Translations under genes and position numbers: made by a program | From: Squalus acanthias | Taxonomy: Eukaryota | Reading direction: 5' to 3' | DNA length: 64,000 nt | Assembly (NCBI GenBank): GCA_030390025.1 | Contig: CM059432.1 | Span: 12,772,001-12,836,000 of the forward strand | Notes under the pieces: generated by a model | Database searches by the model: none | What the model saw: only the letters and a program-made list of their open reading frames with translations | What the model was told of the DNA's origin: nothing | In this document: positions 1 to 12,921 of the stretch, piece by piece | Numbering within the stretch: position 1 is the first letter of the stretch | Layout: each line of letters begins with the position of its first letter

Positions 1-530
1 GGTGCAGAGAAGATTTTTACAAGGATGATACCAGAAATGCGAGGGTATACATATCAGGAAAGGATGAACAGGCTGGGTCTATTTTCTCTTGAAAAAAGAA
101 GGCTGAGGGGTGACCTAATAGAGGTCTTTAAAATTATGAAAGGTTTTGATAGAGTGGATACGGAGAGAATGTTTCCACTTGTGGGGAAGAGCATAACTAG
201 AGGCCATCAATATAAGATAGTCACCAAGAAATCCAATAGGGAATTCAGAAGAAACTTCTTTACCCAAAGGCTCCTATTTCTTATGTGCTAAGTTATGTAG
301 TGGTGAGAATGTGGAACTCGCTACCACAGGGAGTGGTTGAAGCGAAAAGTATAGAAGCAGTTAAGGGGAGGTTGGACAAGCATATGAGGGAGAAGGGAAT
401 AGAGGGTTATGCTGATAGATTTAGATGAGGAAAGACGGGAGGAGGCTCGTGTGGAGCATAAACGCCTGCATGGACTGGTTGGGCCAAATGGCCTGTTTCT
501 GGGCCGTATATTCTATGTAATCCTATGTAA
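1..530 (+). mobile_element. CR1 (HER1-like) LINE 3' end, ORF2 C-terminus and 3' UTR
   Basis: ORF 25-291 LGLFSLEKRRLRGDLIEVFKIMKGFD...RNFFTQR; (ctatgtaat)-type tail near 512-530. Confidence 0.92.
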
Positions 531-589
531 TCTTTTTGAAATGTTACAGTCAAACCTTCGTAAAATATTAAATAATGCTTGCATTTATA

Positions 590-945
590 TAGAATTACAT
601 AGAATTTACAGCACAGAAACAGGCCATTGGCTCAACTGGTGTTTATGCTCCACATGAGCCTCTTCTAACCCAATTCATCTAACCTATCAGTATATCCTTC
701 TATTCCTTGCTTCCTCATGTACTTATCCAGCTTCCCCTTAAAGCATCTATGCTGTTCACCTCAACCACTCCCTGTGGTAGCGAGTTCCACATTCCAACCA
801 CTCTCTGGGCAAAGAGGTTTCTCCTGAATTCCCTATTGGATTTATTAGTGACTATCTTATATTTATGGCCCCTAGTTTTGATCTCCCCCCCACAAGTGGA
901 AACATCTTCTCTACATCTACCTTATCGAACCCCTTCATAATTTTA
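590..945 (-). mobile_element. CR1 LINE 3' fragment
   Basis: Reverse complement of the same CR1 3' end (gagttccacatt, aggccatt, tacagcacagaa). Confidence 0.85.
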
Positions 946-1939
946 AAAGAGCCATCTCTCAGGTCACCTCAGTTTTCACCGCAACCTGTTCACTCTTTAG
1001 CACTTTTATCAAATCAAAATGTGTCAAAGTGTTTCGCACAATGTACTTCCAATGGAATTCAGTGACAGTTGTTACGTAGCTAAAAACTGAACTTGAAATC
1101 AAAAGCCTTCTAACACTACTATGGTATTTTTTGTACGGCTTGTGTTCCCGACACAGAGCCTTACTTAATGGGAGTATGGGTCGGAGAATCAAATGACTAA
1201 ACAATCAGGAGCACTGTGAATTGGGTGAGCTGCGATTGCAAAATGATTCTCCAATCTGTGGTCTCCATTGGGAACGGATCCTCACTTTGCAAAATTCATC
1301 CTTATATTTTTCACTTTTTTGCCATTTCACTGCAGGGCTGTTCTAATGGGAGGCACAACATTGACTTGTAAGCGGAAGTCAATCTGTTACCGTTACTGAG
1401 ATTCCTTTTGAACTTAAAAGATTGGTTCCTCTTAAAAGGAATACATCTGTTATGTTGAGAGAAACAGAAATGTTTGAAATGCACAGCCTTTCAATCAGCA
1501 ACTGACGGAAAAATTGTGGCTCTTGTTTGGGGTGTGATCGCTCAACAGGACTTGCCAAATACCCTGCTCGTGGAAAACCGCTAAGGACTTACGAAAGCAA
1601 ACAATGCTGAATCACCTGTCAGGAGAATCTGCCAATAAAAAAAACGTAAAGTGATCAAATCAATGGAAATGCATTTGAATAGAAAAATTCCCATTTCTCT
1701 TTCCATTAGTGGGAGGGATAATTACAGCATGACCAGTTTAGAAAGGCAGTTCCCATTATAAATGCAGACATAGGGATCTATCATGGCAAAGTTGACACAG
1801 GAAGTGTAAGATATTTAATATATTACTAGTCTATGTCCCCCGTGGTGTTGCACACAGCAATTTGGAGAATATGGTCTCTCTTACCTATCTCTGCTGTCTT
1901 CATGTTGCTGTTCCTCTGTCACTCTTCTGCTTCTGTCTC

Positions 1940-2588
1940 TCTCTTCCGTAACATCGCCTGTCTCTGCCCTTGCCTCAGCTCATCTGCTGCTGAAAACCTC
2001 ATCCATGCCTTTGTTACCTCTAGACTTGACTATTCCAACGCACTCCTGGCTGGCCTCCCACATTCCACCCTACGTAAACTTGAGTAATTCCAAAACTCGG
2101 GCTACCCATGTCCTAACTCACACCAAGTCCCGTTCACCCATCACCCCTGTGCTCGCTGACCTACATTGGCTCCCGGTTAAGCAACACCTCGATTTCAAAA
2201 TTCTCATCCTTGCTTTCAAATCCCTCCTTGGCCTTGCCCCCTCCCTATCTCTGTAATCTCCTTCAGCCCCCCACCCACCCCGAGATCTCTGCGCTCCTCT
2301 AATTCTGCGCTCTTGAGCATCCCTGATTATAATCGCTCAACCATTGGTGGCCGTGCCTTCTGTTGCCTGTTGCTCCATGCTCTGGAATTCCCTGCCTAAA
2401 TCTCTCCACCTCTCTACCTCTCTTTCCTCCTTTAAGATGCTCCTTAAAACCTACCCCTTTGACCAAGCTTTTGGTCACCTGTCCTAATTTCTCCTTATAT
2501 GGCGCAGTGTCAAATTTTTTGTCTTATAACACTCCTGTGAAGTGCCTTGGGATGTTAAAGGCGCTATATAAATACTTGTTGTTGTTGT
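1940..2588 (+). mobile_element. L2 LINE 3' end
   Basis: LIHAFVTSRLDYSNALLAGLP and SPITPVLADLHWLPV..DFKILIL; ends aaaggcgctatataaatac(ttg)n. Confidence 0.92.
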
Positions 2589-2609
2589 ATGAGGAAAGAC
2601 TGGAGAGAG

Positions 2610-3121
2610 CCTTAGGCCTTTCAGCCCCCACCCCCACCTCTCCCCGCCAACGATGTTGATGAGGCCAGCCACGATCCTCCGGTGGACAGCCCCGATCCTC
2701 TCTTTCACACCCCCCCCCCAACCGATCCGCTCCCCCAACCCCTCCCACTCCCACTCCTGATCCCCAACCCCGGCCGATTGCCGATTTCCCCCTCAGCCCA
2801 CCCTGATCCCCGACCCCGGCCGATCATCTCCCACCCCGCCCCCCCCCCGCCAATCCCCAACCCCTGCCGATTGCCGACTTCCCTCCTGCCACCCCGCACC
2901 CCCCCCCCCCCCCCGATCCCTGCCGATTGCCGACCCCCCCTCCCGCGATCCCTCCCCCAGACCGGCCACTCGCTTCTGAGGCCTCTCAATCTGGCTGGCT
3001 GCGGGCGGGAATCCAAGGCCTCGCATTCAAATCAGGCCCAGCTGGCAGGGCCTGCGGCCATCCGCTTCGGAGGCCCCCCCCCCCCCGCCCCCAATCCACC
3101 TCCCTTGAGAAAATTCCGACC
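2610..3121. repeat. GC-rich low-complexity element (C-runs with ccgat units), probably a MITE arm
   Basis: Repeated ccgatc/ccgatt units between C-runs; ends in TIR-like gaaaattccgacc. Confidence 0.4.
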
Positions 3122-3289
3122 AGGGATTCAGGTCTAGGACGGGGGAACCTTGGGGTCAAATGGGGGCATGGGGAAGGGGTGATGCAGCAGAGGCAGCTGA
3201 ACAGATGGTCTCCATCTTTGTGACAAAGACGTCCGTGGGCTCCTCGCACTTGTCGTTGGAGGTGAGGGTGGCGGGGGCTGGGGAGAGGG

Positions 3290-3500
3290 TGGCGCAAGGA
3301 GGTGGTTGGTAGTGGAGATAAAAACCAAGCTTACCTTTACATTCCAGAATGATCCTGGAGTAGTGATCCAGAGGAGAGCAGGACCCAATAGTGCTTGATG
3401 TGGTCCAGCCAGACCTGCCGATGAATGGCTAAACCTGGTGTGCGCCAGGTATGTTGCAGTCTGCGTGCCTTGGACTTGAAGTACCAGGGGAATGGCCAAA
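3290..3500 (-). mobile_element. L2 ORF2 internal fragment
   Basis: Minus-strand translation KSKARRLQHTWRTPGLAIHRQVWLDHIKHYWVLLSS..HYSRIILECK, typical of the L2 region between endonuclease and RT. Confidence 0.7.
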
Positions 3501-3679
3501 AGACATAAAAGACAAATAAATTGATAAATTTAATTATGTTTATATGAAATATGTAATTTTGTTGAATTTCTTACTGTGGTTAAACCCTTATTTTTGACAT
3601 TAGAAATTTTAGTTACTGAGGGGGAATAAATTATTTTGAAACCAGTTTACAGGAAAAACTGGGGAAACTTGGGTTTTTC

Positions 3680-4290
3680 AACCTCGTAAAGAGGTGATTT
3701 TATGGAGAAATATAAGATTGTGAACAGTGTGGAAAAGATAAATCCGGAAAATTTCGTTAAATTAAACTGGGAGTTGGATGTGTGGCCGCAGGTTTAAACG
3801 AATCAAAGGTAATTTTTTCTTCACACGCAGAGATTATTGCATTGCATGGATTGAGTAGTGGAGGTGAAAACCCTGGAATCACTTAAGAACCAATTGATGA
3901 TGTAATGGCGGGGGGTTGGGGGGGGGGGAGGGGATGGAAGGACTTTAAGATTATTTCGGATGAATGACCTAAAATGAGCTGAATGGCCTTCCTCATCTGT
4001 GATTATCTTGGTAAATATATAATACATTAATTGAATTAAAACTGTATTAATCAACAATATAGTTGTTGTGATCTGGAATACATCGCCTGAAAGGGCAGTG
4101 GAAGCAGATTCAATTGTAACTTTCAAAAGGGAATTGGGTTTATATTTGAAAAAGGAAAAAAAAATTGCAGGGCTATGGGGGAAAGAGCAGGGGAGTGGGA
4201 CTAATTGGATAGCTCTTTCAAAGAGCCGGCACAGGCACGATGAATCAAATAGTCTCCTTCTGTGCTGTATCATTCTATGATTCTATGATC
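3680..4290 (+). mobile_element. Two CR1 3' fragments (old 3680-4010; younger 4068-4290)
   Basis: IWNTSPERAVEADSIVTFKRELG; (ttctatga)n tail at about 4273-4290. Confidence 0.75.
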
Positions 4291-4829
4291 AAACAATACT
4301 GAAATAGTCAACATTGCTCGTTGCATTTTCTCTAACTGCAGCAGGCTGAAGTAGCCCAGGGCTAGTACTTATTTTTCCTAACAGTTGGAATTATTTGCAC
4401 TTGTAATCAAACGAAATGCCCCTTGTGCGCATTTTCCTTGTGTAATTCAAAGAAAGTAATCTTGTACAGCCGGTAAATGTTTCTGAGCGAGTTACATTGA
4501 GATGACATAATTCAATTAAGGGAATATAAATATTCATGTTTTTGTAACACAATAATTTTAATGGAATGAATTATAATAGTTAAAAGGAAATTTGCCTGCT
4601 AAGGTAATGCAGTTACAAAGACCTGAGCTTTCCTGGGGCACAGGCTTATTTTACATCATTTAGATCTTTTCAAGAATAATGTTCAAATTATTCCCTTGGT
4701 GTCGTTCCAAGTTGAAGTGAGAGGTAGAAGAGGAATGAGTGGCCACAGCAATAAGCCCTAGTTCTGGATTATAGAAGAATGAGTTGCAGTAACACAATAG
4801 ATTTTCCTTATCCTTTTTTGTTGTTGTTT

Positions 4830-5990
4830 TACTTCCTCCATCCCAATTTTTGGTTTCCTCTTGAAGGGCAGACACATGGTGAGATAATGGGCTGGAATTA
4901 GCGGTAAGTAATAACGGCGAACTAACAGCGTTTGCTGTTATTACCCCTTTGAAACTGACCGCAATTTCAGGATGTGGCGCCTGCGCATCGAAACGCAGAA
5001 ATCCTGAAGTTGCGGTCAGTCATTCATTGTTCCACTGTGGCCCCTCCGACCCACCACCCTCCCCTCCCCATAGCCGGCAATCAATGAAATCAGTGAAACT
5101 GAAGAAAACTTGGGTTTTTCTGTGGTAATATTGCTATTAAATACCCCATTAAAAGCTAGCCCTTGTTGGATTAGGTGTAACTTAGGTGCAACTGGGCTTT
5201 TAACAGCATATTGACTGCTAGCAAACGTTATGGCCCTGAAAAACTAATTTAAATTTTGTGTCAAATTTCTCCATTATAATCAAAATTACAATTTTTAAGA
5301 AACTTTTAGAAAAAATGTTTTTATATGTTTTAAAAGTTTGTTCATATTTATTTCAGCTTTTACCTTTTCCCCATCTGAGAGCCCCAATCTTTGTTTTGCT
5401 CTCTGTAACATTTTTTAAAAAGTCAGGATAAAAGCAGGTTCTCATTTCCTGCTTCCCTGTCTGTGAGAATTCTGCATTGTGATTGGCTGTTCAGACAGCT
5501 TGTTGACGTCACAGCAGATCGCGGTAGGGATTCCCCATTATAGAGTGCTGCAACCTCTTACGCGTTGAAAAAGGGCAAACTTCTCGCCAAAGAGATCGCG
5601 AGATCTTTGTGGGCGGCTTTCTTTGGGGCCAACGGCGAGCGCCTTTGCTTCGCCACTGACCGCAAACTCCGGGACACAGTGCCACAAGTGCCAGGAGCCC
5701 CTCTGCTACCTTACCTAGGTCACTACTCTTCGCATATGAGTCAGGACAGTGAGAGTTAGTGACCTATTTGACCCTGAGCGACATCACAGCCAATTCGAAC
5801 CACGCCCTCACCGAACGTCCACATTCATGCACTTCCTGACAGGTGACACTGGAAGGTTATCAGCTACAGAAACCCTGGGTGAGTTCCCAGCCCTTCCGCC
5901 CCCGAGCCCAAGGTGCTGAAGCTAATTTTAGCATCTCAACTGCAGCCCCAACTGAGATCAACTAACTCAGCACAGGCTGGAGATCTAGTC
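4830..5990 (-). mobile_element. Ancient SINE, AmnSINE2-like, split by the MITE at 4889-5675
   Basis: Minus strand ctgtgctgagttagttgatctcag...aattagcttcagcacc...tggacgttcggtgagg resembles the recalled AmnSINE2 body; second remnant at about 42125-42230. Confidence 0.5.
4889..5675. mobile_element. Harbinger-type MITE, family B
   Basis: Left end gggctggaattagcgg, right end ccgcaaactccgggac; AT-rich centre; similar to 9557-10290; right TSD not preserved. Confidence 0.65.
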
Positions 5991-6929
5991 GTCAGCGGTT
6001 TTCTCATTCTTAAACTACTTTGGCCCAAAGAGTTTTTCTGGTATTCATTTTCACATTTGCATGCTCCACATGAAAGTGAATTCCAGAAACCACTTCTAAA
6101 ATTCGTACATTTGTCCCACTGGATTAAGATATATAAAGATAGCACAGACACCTGGCTATCCGTTTGGTGTTGCCAAAGTAAAAATCGGGTGACTGTTAAT
6201 GTCCACAAAAGACTTTTGCCAAAGAAAGCTCAAATGAATTGAAACTTTTTTTTTTCAGCTTTACGGCGGTTTTTAAAATTCTTGTACGTATTGCACTGAC
6301 TTTTTTTTCCCCCCATATGAATCCAAAGAGTAAAGTAAACATTAACAGACACTTAATGGCAATAGTGTGTGTGAAAGTTTGAGATCAGAGTGATTTTTGA
6401 AATGTAATAATGTAGTAACATGCCCAGCTCTGAAGCCAGGACCAGGCGGTTACATTTTTGCTGTTGTTCGAATTGTGAAGCTGTCGGTTCAGATGCACTC
6501 ATCCCCTTTCTGTGCCTGAAACCTGAGCCCAAAGTGTTCAACCTGCTGTTGTCTTCAGTATGTTTCCTTGATTGCATCAATTGCACATGTCAAGTCTGTA
6601 GCAGCGTTAGACAGAATCCAGGCTATGCTGAAGCCTCTTATATTTTTTTTCCCTCTCTTAATTTTCTCCCTTCTTCTCTGGAAGCGCTATTCCCGGGTTT
6701 TAAATTTACGAACATGAATTGGATAGGCCTAAATCAGAAGAGTGGGAAGAGAGCCGTTAGGCCAGGTTTCCACCTATTTTGTGCATCACACTCATTTCCA
6801 GAGTGGGAGCTTCACTTTAATATTAATCTGTGGGTATGGATACCCAGCACCAAGTCCCGTTCACCCGTCACCCCCGGTGCTCCAATGGTGGAGCGATGAA
6901 AATTGGGGATGTGCAAGAGGTCAGAATTG

Positions 6930-7292
6930 AGACGTGAGTTCAAATCCCACCACAGCAGCTGGGGAATTTAAATTCAGTTAATTAAATAAATCTGGAATAA
7001 AAAGCTAGTATCAGTAATGGTGACAATGAAACTACCGGATTGTCGTAAAAATCCATCTGGTTTGCTAATGTCCTTTAGGGAAGGAAATCTGCCGTCCTTA
7101 CCCGGTCCGACCTATATGTGACTCCAGACCCACAGCAATGTGGTTGACTCTTAACTGCCCCTCTGAAATGGCCTAGCAAGCCACTCAGTTGTATAAGGTG
7201 GCTCACCACCACCTTCTCGAGGGCAATTCGGGATGGGCAATAAATGTTGGCCTTGCCAGTGACGCCCACATCCCAGGAACGAATTTTAAAAA
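6930..7292 (+). mobile_element. tRNA-derived SINE sharing its 3' tail with the LINE at 49955/62910
   Basis: B-box gagttcaaatcc; tail gctcaccaccaccttctc...gggcaataaatgttggccttgccagtgacgcccacatccc. Confidence 0.8.
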
Positions 7293-7295
7293 AAT

Positions 7296-7998
7296 TTGGA
7301 GGAGAACAGAGATCTTGGAGGGTAGTAGGGCTGGAGGAGGTCACAGAGATAGGGAGGGGCGAGGCAATGGAGGGATTTGAAAAGAAGGATGAGATTTTTA
7401 AAAGCAAGTCGTTGCCGGACCGGGAGACAATGTAGGTCAGCGAGCACAGGGGTGATGGGTGAACGGGACATGGTGCGAGTTTGGATACGGGCAGCAGAAT
7501 TTTGGATGAGCTCAAGTTTATGGAGGGTGTGACATGAATCTTGTCATTCATGACTTATGACATAATACTGGGCGGCCTGCTGGTGGCGCTGTCCAGGGAG
7601 AGTATAAATACTCGGGCATGGGCCCAGCTTGCTCAGGACATTCTTTAACAGGAACTAGTCAAGGACACAACTAGACCTCCATGTTGAAAAACAGTTGATT
7701 AAAGCTTTGTTTAACGCTTAGACCAAGTGCCTAGTAGTTTTCTTACGTCAGGGTGGATAATGGGAGGCTGGCCAGGAGAGCGTTGGAATAGTCAAGTCTG
7801 GAGATAACAAAGGCATGGATGAGAGTTCCAGCAGCAAGATGAGCTGAGACAAGGGTTGGAGACGGGCGATGTTACAGAGGTGGAAGTAGGCGGTTTTGGC
7901 GATGGAGCGGATATGTTGTCGGATGCTCATCTCAGGGTCAAATAGGATGGCAAGGTTGCGAATGGTCTGGTTCAGCCTCAGACAGTGGCCAGGGAGAG
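7296..7998 (-). mobile_element. L2 LINE fragment interrupted by a solo LTR
   Basis: SRSPITPVLADLHCLPVRQRL and IRQHIRSIAKTAYFHLCNIARL; collinear across 7530-7750. Confidence 0.88.
7530..7750 (+). mobile_element. Solo LTR (221 bp) of an LTR retrotransposon
   Basis: TGAC...GTCA ends, perfect 5-bp TSD gggtg (7525-7529/7751-7755), TATAAAT near 7604, ATTAAA near 7698. Confidence 0.85.
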
Positions 7999-8571
7999 TT
8001 TTTCATGATCATGGCCAGCTAAGTGCACAAAAGCCTACAAAAATGGCTAGTGGCATCTTGACAGGTGCGACCAATCAGGCTACACGGGCTGTTAATCACC
8101 CGGGCTTGCCTTTGTTAATGCAGTGCCACTGAATGCGTGATTGGGATGCTTCCGAGGAAGTATCTAACATTGCCATCAGCCAATACATCACGTATTTTAG
8201 TAGTGCCACTGAGTCTGCTGGCCAGCGTCCTTTGGGAATAGGAGCCTACACCTTCCTTGAGCGACTCCAAAGCCAGTTATGTTCACCTTTGTCTGCTGGC
8301 GTGTGGGTACCAATGAGTGGGCAGAGAGCACCTTTAATTCAACCCGACCTGCCTAGCATTCCTCCGTAGGTCCTCCTCATCTTTCAAACACCTCAGATAG
8401 GGGGTTCCAATTGGGCAATCTATTGATGCCAGCAATAATGCTGGACGCTAAAATAAATAAGCTGCAACAATTAACGCAAAGCTTCATAAGAACCTATGCC
8501 AGCAGGGGGGAAAAAATGAAAGAAGAAATAGGTTAAGAAATTACTGGAATATACTTAACTGAACATTACCG

Positions 8572-9070
8572 CCTGTCACTTTAATTCTCCGCTCCAGTCC
8601 CACTCTGACCTCGGCCTCTTGCACTGTTCCAACGAAACTCAACGTAAGCGCGAGGAACAGCACCTCATCTTTCGATTCGGCACTTTACAACCCTCTGGAC
8701 TCAACATCGAGTACAGCAATTTCAGACCATAACCTCTGCCCCTATTTTTTCAGATGGCAGCTGTTGATGATTCTGCTATACCCATTTACACCTCTTCTAT
8801 ACCCATCTTTTGTTTCTTTACCTGTCCCATTACCATCTCCTTTTGTCAGTTAATCACTCCTGCCTTCCACCCTATCACAGACCTTCCCTTTTGTGCTTTC
8901 CTCCCCTCCCCACCTTTCCCTGCCACATGCACTTGCTTAAAATCTGTTACATCTCTAACATTTTCCAGTTCTGACGAAAGGGCATCGACCTGAAACGTTA
9001 ACTCTTGTTTCTCTCTCCACAGATGCTACCTGGCCTGCTGAGTATTTCCAGCACTTTCTGTTTTTATTTT
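8572..9070 (+). mobile_element. Penelope-like element 3' end (GIY-YIG C-terminus plus pLTR)
   Basis: RKREEQHLIFRFGTLQPSGLNIEYSNFRP*; 10-bp TSD aacattaccg (8562-8571/9071-9080). Confidence 0.88.
8967..9003 (+). ncRNA. Minimal type I hammerhead ribozyme motif (Penelope-associated)
   Basis: agtt-CTGACGA-a-agggc.atc.gacct-GAAA-cg-TT-aact; one mismatch in stem II. Confidence 0.75.
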
Positions 9071-9179
9071 AACATTACCGTGTCCTTTCCACGACCTCCC
9101 GAATAAATACCACCATCTAACACTGGACATCCATTTCACACTGGCATCGTTACTGTCTGATGTCCTGCACTCCTGAATG

Positions 9180-10378
9180 AAAGAATGTGCATTTATATAG
9201 CGCCTTTCGTATCCTCAGGATGTCCCAAATTGCTTCACAGCCACTGAAGGACGTTTGAAGCATAGTCACTGTTGTTATGTAGGCAAATGCAGCAGTCAAT
9301 TTGTGGAGAGCAAAGTCCCACAAACAGTAATGAGTTAACTGACCAGATACTTTGTTTTTGGTGGTGTTGGTTTAAGGATAAATATTGGCCAGGACAAAGG
9401 GGAGCGCCCTTGCTCTTCTTCAAATGGTCCCATGGGATATATTACATCCAACTGAGAGGGCAGATGGGGCCTTGGCTTAATTTCTCATCCGAAAGATGGC
9501 ACCACCAACAGTGCAGCACTCCCTTAGTACTGCACTGAAGTATCAGCTTAGATAATGGCCCGGATTTTGCTGTAATAATAACGGCCAAGCTATCAGCGCT
9601 CACCGTTATTACAGGGTAAATATGACAGCAACTTCTGGCGTCCACACATGCGCAGTTAAATACGGAAATCCAGAATTTGCTCCTTCGCAGACCTCACCGA
9701 TAAGACACGGCACTGAAATCACTGTAATGGCGCGAACTTAGGGTACTTACCCACTAGTTCCGCACTAAAAACGGCTGAAAATGTTAGGGCTCATGCATTT
9801 AGGAGTAAGTAAGTTTTTAACGGTGTAATAAGTGATAATTACTGCTGAACAACCTCTCTGGCCCTGAAAAATTCAATCTTACAAGTGTGGAGTCTCATTC
9901 CCTCAGAAGAAATTAATGATGCAGATTTAAATAAAAATAAAAATTAAAATATTTTTTTTTACTTTTTCTGTTTGTCTCTTTTATCTCTCTCCCTTAATCC
10001 CATCTGTATTTCCCAATCTTTTATTTTGCTTCCTGTACAATTATTTAAATGTAATTCATATTTCCTGTTTTTTTCTTCCTGGTTTGGACTCAATGTGCCT
10101 CTGTGAGGATACTTCAATCTGATTGATTAAAGAGCCTCGCTGTTGCTTTCCCTGTTCACAGACACCACAGATCCCCCGTTGAGGGTGCCACACTGAAACA
10201 GATGCCGGATTAGTAGAAATCTCCGCTGACAAGCCTGTGAAAATCTGTGGGCAAGGTAAATGGCGAAAGCTGAGAGCAAAAATCCGGGCCTATGTGAGTA
10301 AGTCTATGGAAGTGGGGGTTAGCCCCAGAACCTTCTAACTCAAAGATGAGGGTGCTACCACTGAGCCTAGACCGACAC
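9180..10378 (-). mobile_element. SacSINE1-like Deu-SINE split by a MITE
   Basis: Degenerate match to the copies at 12922 and 46487; tRNA head at 10291-10378. Confidence 0.8.
9557..10290. mobile_element. Harbinger-type MITE, family B (734 bp)
   Basis: TIR ggcccggattttgc / gcaaaaatccgggcc; flanks aat/tat; inserted in a SINE. Confidence 0.85.
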
Positions 10379-11624
10379 CTAATTGGGAACCAAGGACTCA
10401 TTTTCCTCATGAATATAAATGATAAAAATCATGCCTAAAATATGAGCCAAGCCCCAGGAAAGTATTTTGTGTTTGCTAATTCACAATGAACAAGCTACGT
10501 TTTATTTTATTAGTGTAAATGTGGATATTGGGTAACCTTATAGTCAAAGAGCCTGCCAACACTCACTGCCGGGGCTCACACATGAAGAACTGACGTATAG
10601 ATGAGGCACTGGATGGTGGCTGTTGCTCATGGAACTGTATCCTACCTTCAGGAAAGATGGAAAGAACGTTGGGAGGGAGAAAAATATATCTTCAAAAAAG
10701 TTGGCACAGCTATTATTCTTAGGGCGAGTAAATTGTTGTGACAAGTGACTTGTTATTGCTCAGATCCGCTTAAAAATTGGAATCTTTATGACCTCTGGAA
10801 CTTTATATGCAAAAGAAGTGGTCCTGAGGGAGTAAAATGTGCTAAATGCTGTAAGCGCAAAACTTTGACTGATAGGTCACAGGATGTAATGTCATGTCAA
10901 ATCATTTGCCCTAATATTCTAGGTGTGGAAATTACCATCAGTGATGTTATCATACAAAGGCTTAGGACACTCGTGTCAAATTACTCTCGCTGCTATTTTA
11001 ACAGAGGTATTAACCCATTTACTTTGTAAAAAATAATGTGGTTCTGCACATTGCTTTATATTAATATAAAAAATATCCTAATTTAGAACCTTCACCACTG
11101 CCTCTGACTATGTCCAACTCAAACACATTCTGTCAGTTTTCCCCTCTCTGAGATGGAGTGAAAGTTGGCCATTCAGAGCGGTCTTTTTGAAACAGGAGTC
11201 GAGACTGGATTTAGATTTGTAAGTCTCTGGGTTTGGATTTCTGGAGTCCCAATACTTTGCCAATATAACCATATGCTGCCTATATAAATGATGTGTTGTG
11301 TGTCTGGAGATGTACCTCAAATAATTCACACCGGGTCCAATTAAGGAATATGTTGGGGGTCACCTGATTAATCATCACTTTGAATTATTTCACAACAGAA
11401 AAAAAACAGTTTATCCTCGAGGCTGATGAACGTAAAATGACATTTTCCTGAAATGGGGTATTGACACCGATTCTTTGTCACCCATTCAGCTTCAGAAGTT
11501 GCCGTTAGCCTCCAGATAGCAGCACATGTGACCTTTTAAACAAGCAAGTTAAGCAATCATTGATAAGGAAAATGCCCTCCTGCTTCTGCTACCTTTAACC
11601 ATGCATTGCTCTACACAGTTGATA

Positions 11625-12040
11625 CTTCTCTGGAGAAGAGAAGGCTCAGAGGTGACCCAATAGAGGTCTCTGAAATTATGAAGGGGTTTGCTAAGGCAGA
11701 CGTAGAGAAAACGTTTCTGCTTTTGGGGAATCCAAAACTAGAGATCATAAATATAAGATAGTCACTAATAAATCTAATAAACAATTCAGGAGAACATTCT
11801 TTACCCAGAGAGTGGCGAGACTGTGGAACTCGCTACCATGTGGAGTACTTGAGGCGAATAGCATAGATTCATTTAAGGGGAAGTTAGATCAGTACATGAG
11901 GGAAAAAGGAATGGAAGGCTATGCAGATGGGATTAGATGAAGTCGGGTGGGAGAAGGCTTGTGTGGAGCATTAAAAACCAACATAGACCAGTTGGGCCGA
12001 ATGGCCTGTTTCTTTGCTGTAAATTCAATGTAATCTAAGT
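11625..12040 (+). mobile_element. CR1 3' fragment
   Basis: ctggagaagagaaggctcagaggtgacc...ttctttacccagagagtgg...tggaactcgctacc. Confidence 0.85.
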
Positions 12041-12921
12041 CTTACCGCCTTGATGTTCTTTTACCACAGCGCTTGTGTACTTTGGATACTGGGAGACCAC
12101 CAGCTCCACTCACCGGCTCACCGTGCATTTACATTGCTAACTGTGGCTCCCTGATGTCAATGGCAGGATCGGAGAGCCAGGTTACTGTTGTTGTGCACCT
12201 TCTAGAAGCAGGATTCACATTAGCTGTGGTGAGCGCCTGGGTGAAAGGTCATCTGCCTGCCCACCCCCCCCTCCCCCCACCCCCACCCCCACCCCAACTC
12301 AGGTAATGATAGGTGCTGCAGGGAGACCTGTGAATGGGATAGAGAGAAAATACTTGAAAAAGAGAACAATTGCATAAAAAAAGTATAATCCAGGGGACAA
12401 AATTGACAAGGCAAAAGATGAATTACTGCCATCTGGCTGAATTACTCACGATAATTCAGATCAGGCAAGAGTGGGCCATTCCTAAAGCATCAAGGCAAAT
12501 AGTTTTGCTGCCAATTTTGAGGTTCCTGCTGTAATGTTCCCAATATTAATGTAGCAAAATTAAATACTGCCCATCTGTACGTGCAGTATAAAGGCAGCCT
12601 TCTGTGTACATCATATTCATGCTCACAGTGACGTTTTTCTGCTTTTTTAAAAAAGTTTGATTGAAACTGAAGCTTTATGTTTTCTAAAAAATGTTTATAT
12701 CTATTTCCCTTTTGGTTTTCTGTCAAAATGGATCAAAATAATATATGCTATATGGTATTATTTTCACCTCTTTTCATAGATTTTCAACAAAAAAAAATCC
12801 AATACCTAAATATGTTTACAGCACACAGAATTCACCCTCACGAATATGGTTTAGATAATCCAGACTACCGATTTGACTGTATATTTTGCTTAGCTGTGAA
12901 GTGGTTTTACTGCTGGAAATG

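Noticed and set aside
2682..3137. Proline- and glycine-rich ORFs
   Set aside because: Products of C/G-run low complexity
3134..3499. Minus-strand ORF with a strong AAG|GTAAGC donor as a host exon
   Set aside because: Another frame is recognisable L2 ORF2; the donor is coincidental
6420..6899. 159-aa ORF, and a minus-strand terminal exon LTCAIDAIKETY*
   Set aside because: No recognisable homology; the ORF end runs into an L2-like remnant
11087..11290. Possible exons on either strand (TFTTASDYVQLK... or AAYGYIGKVLGLQK...)
   Set aside because: Weak acceptors, no recognisable protein and no supporting neighbouring exons
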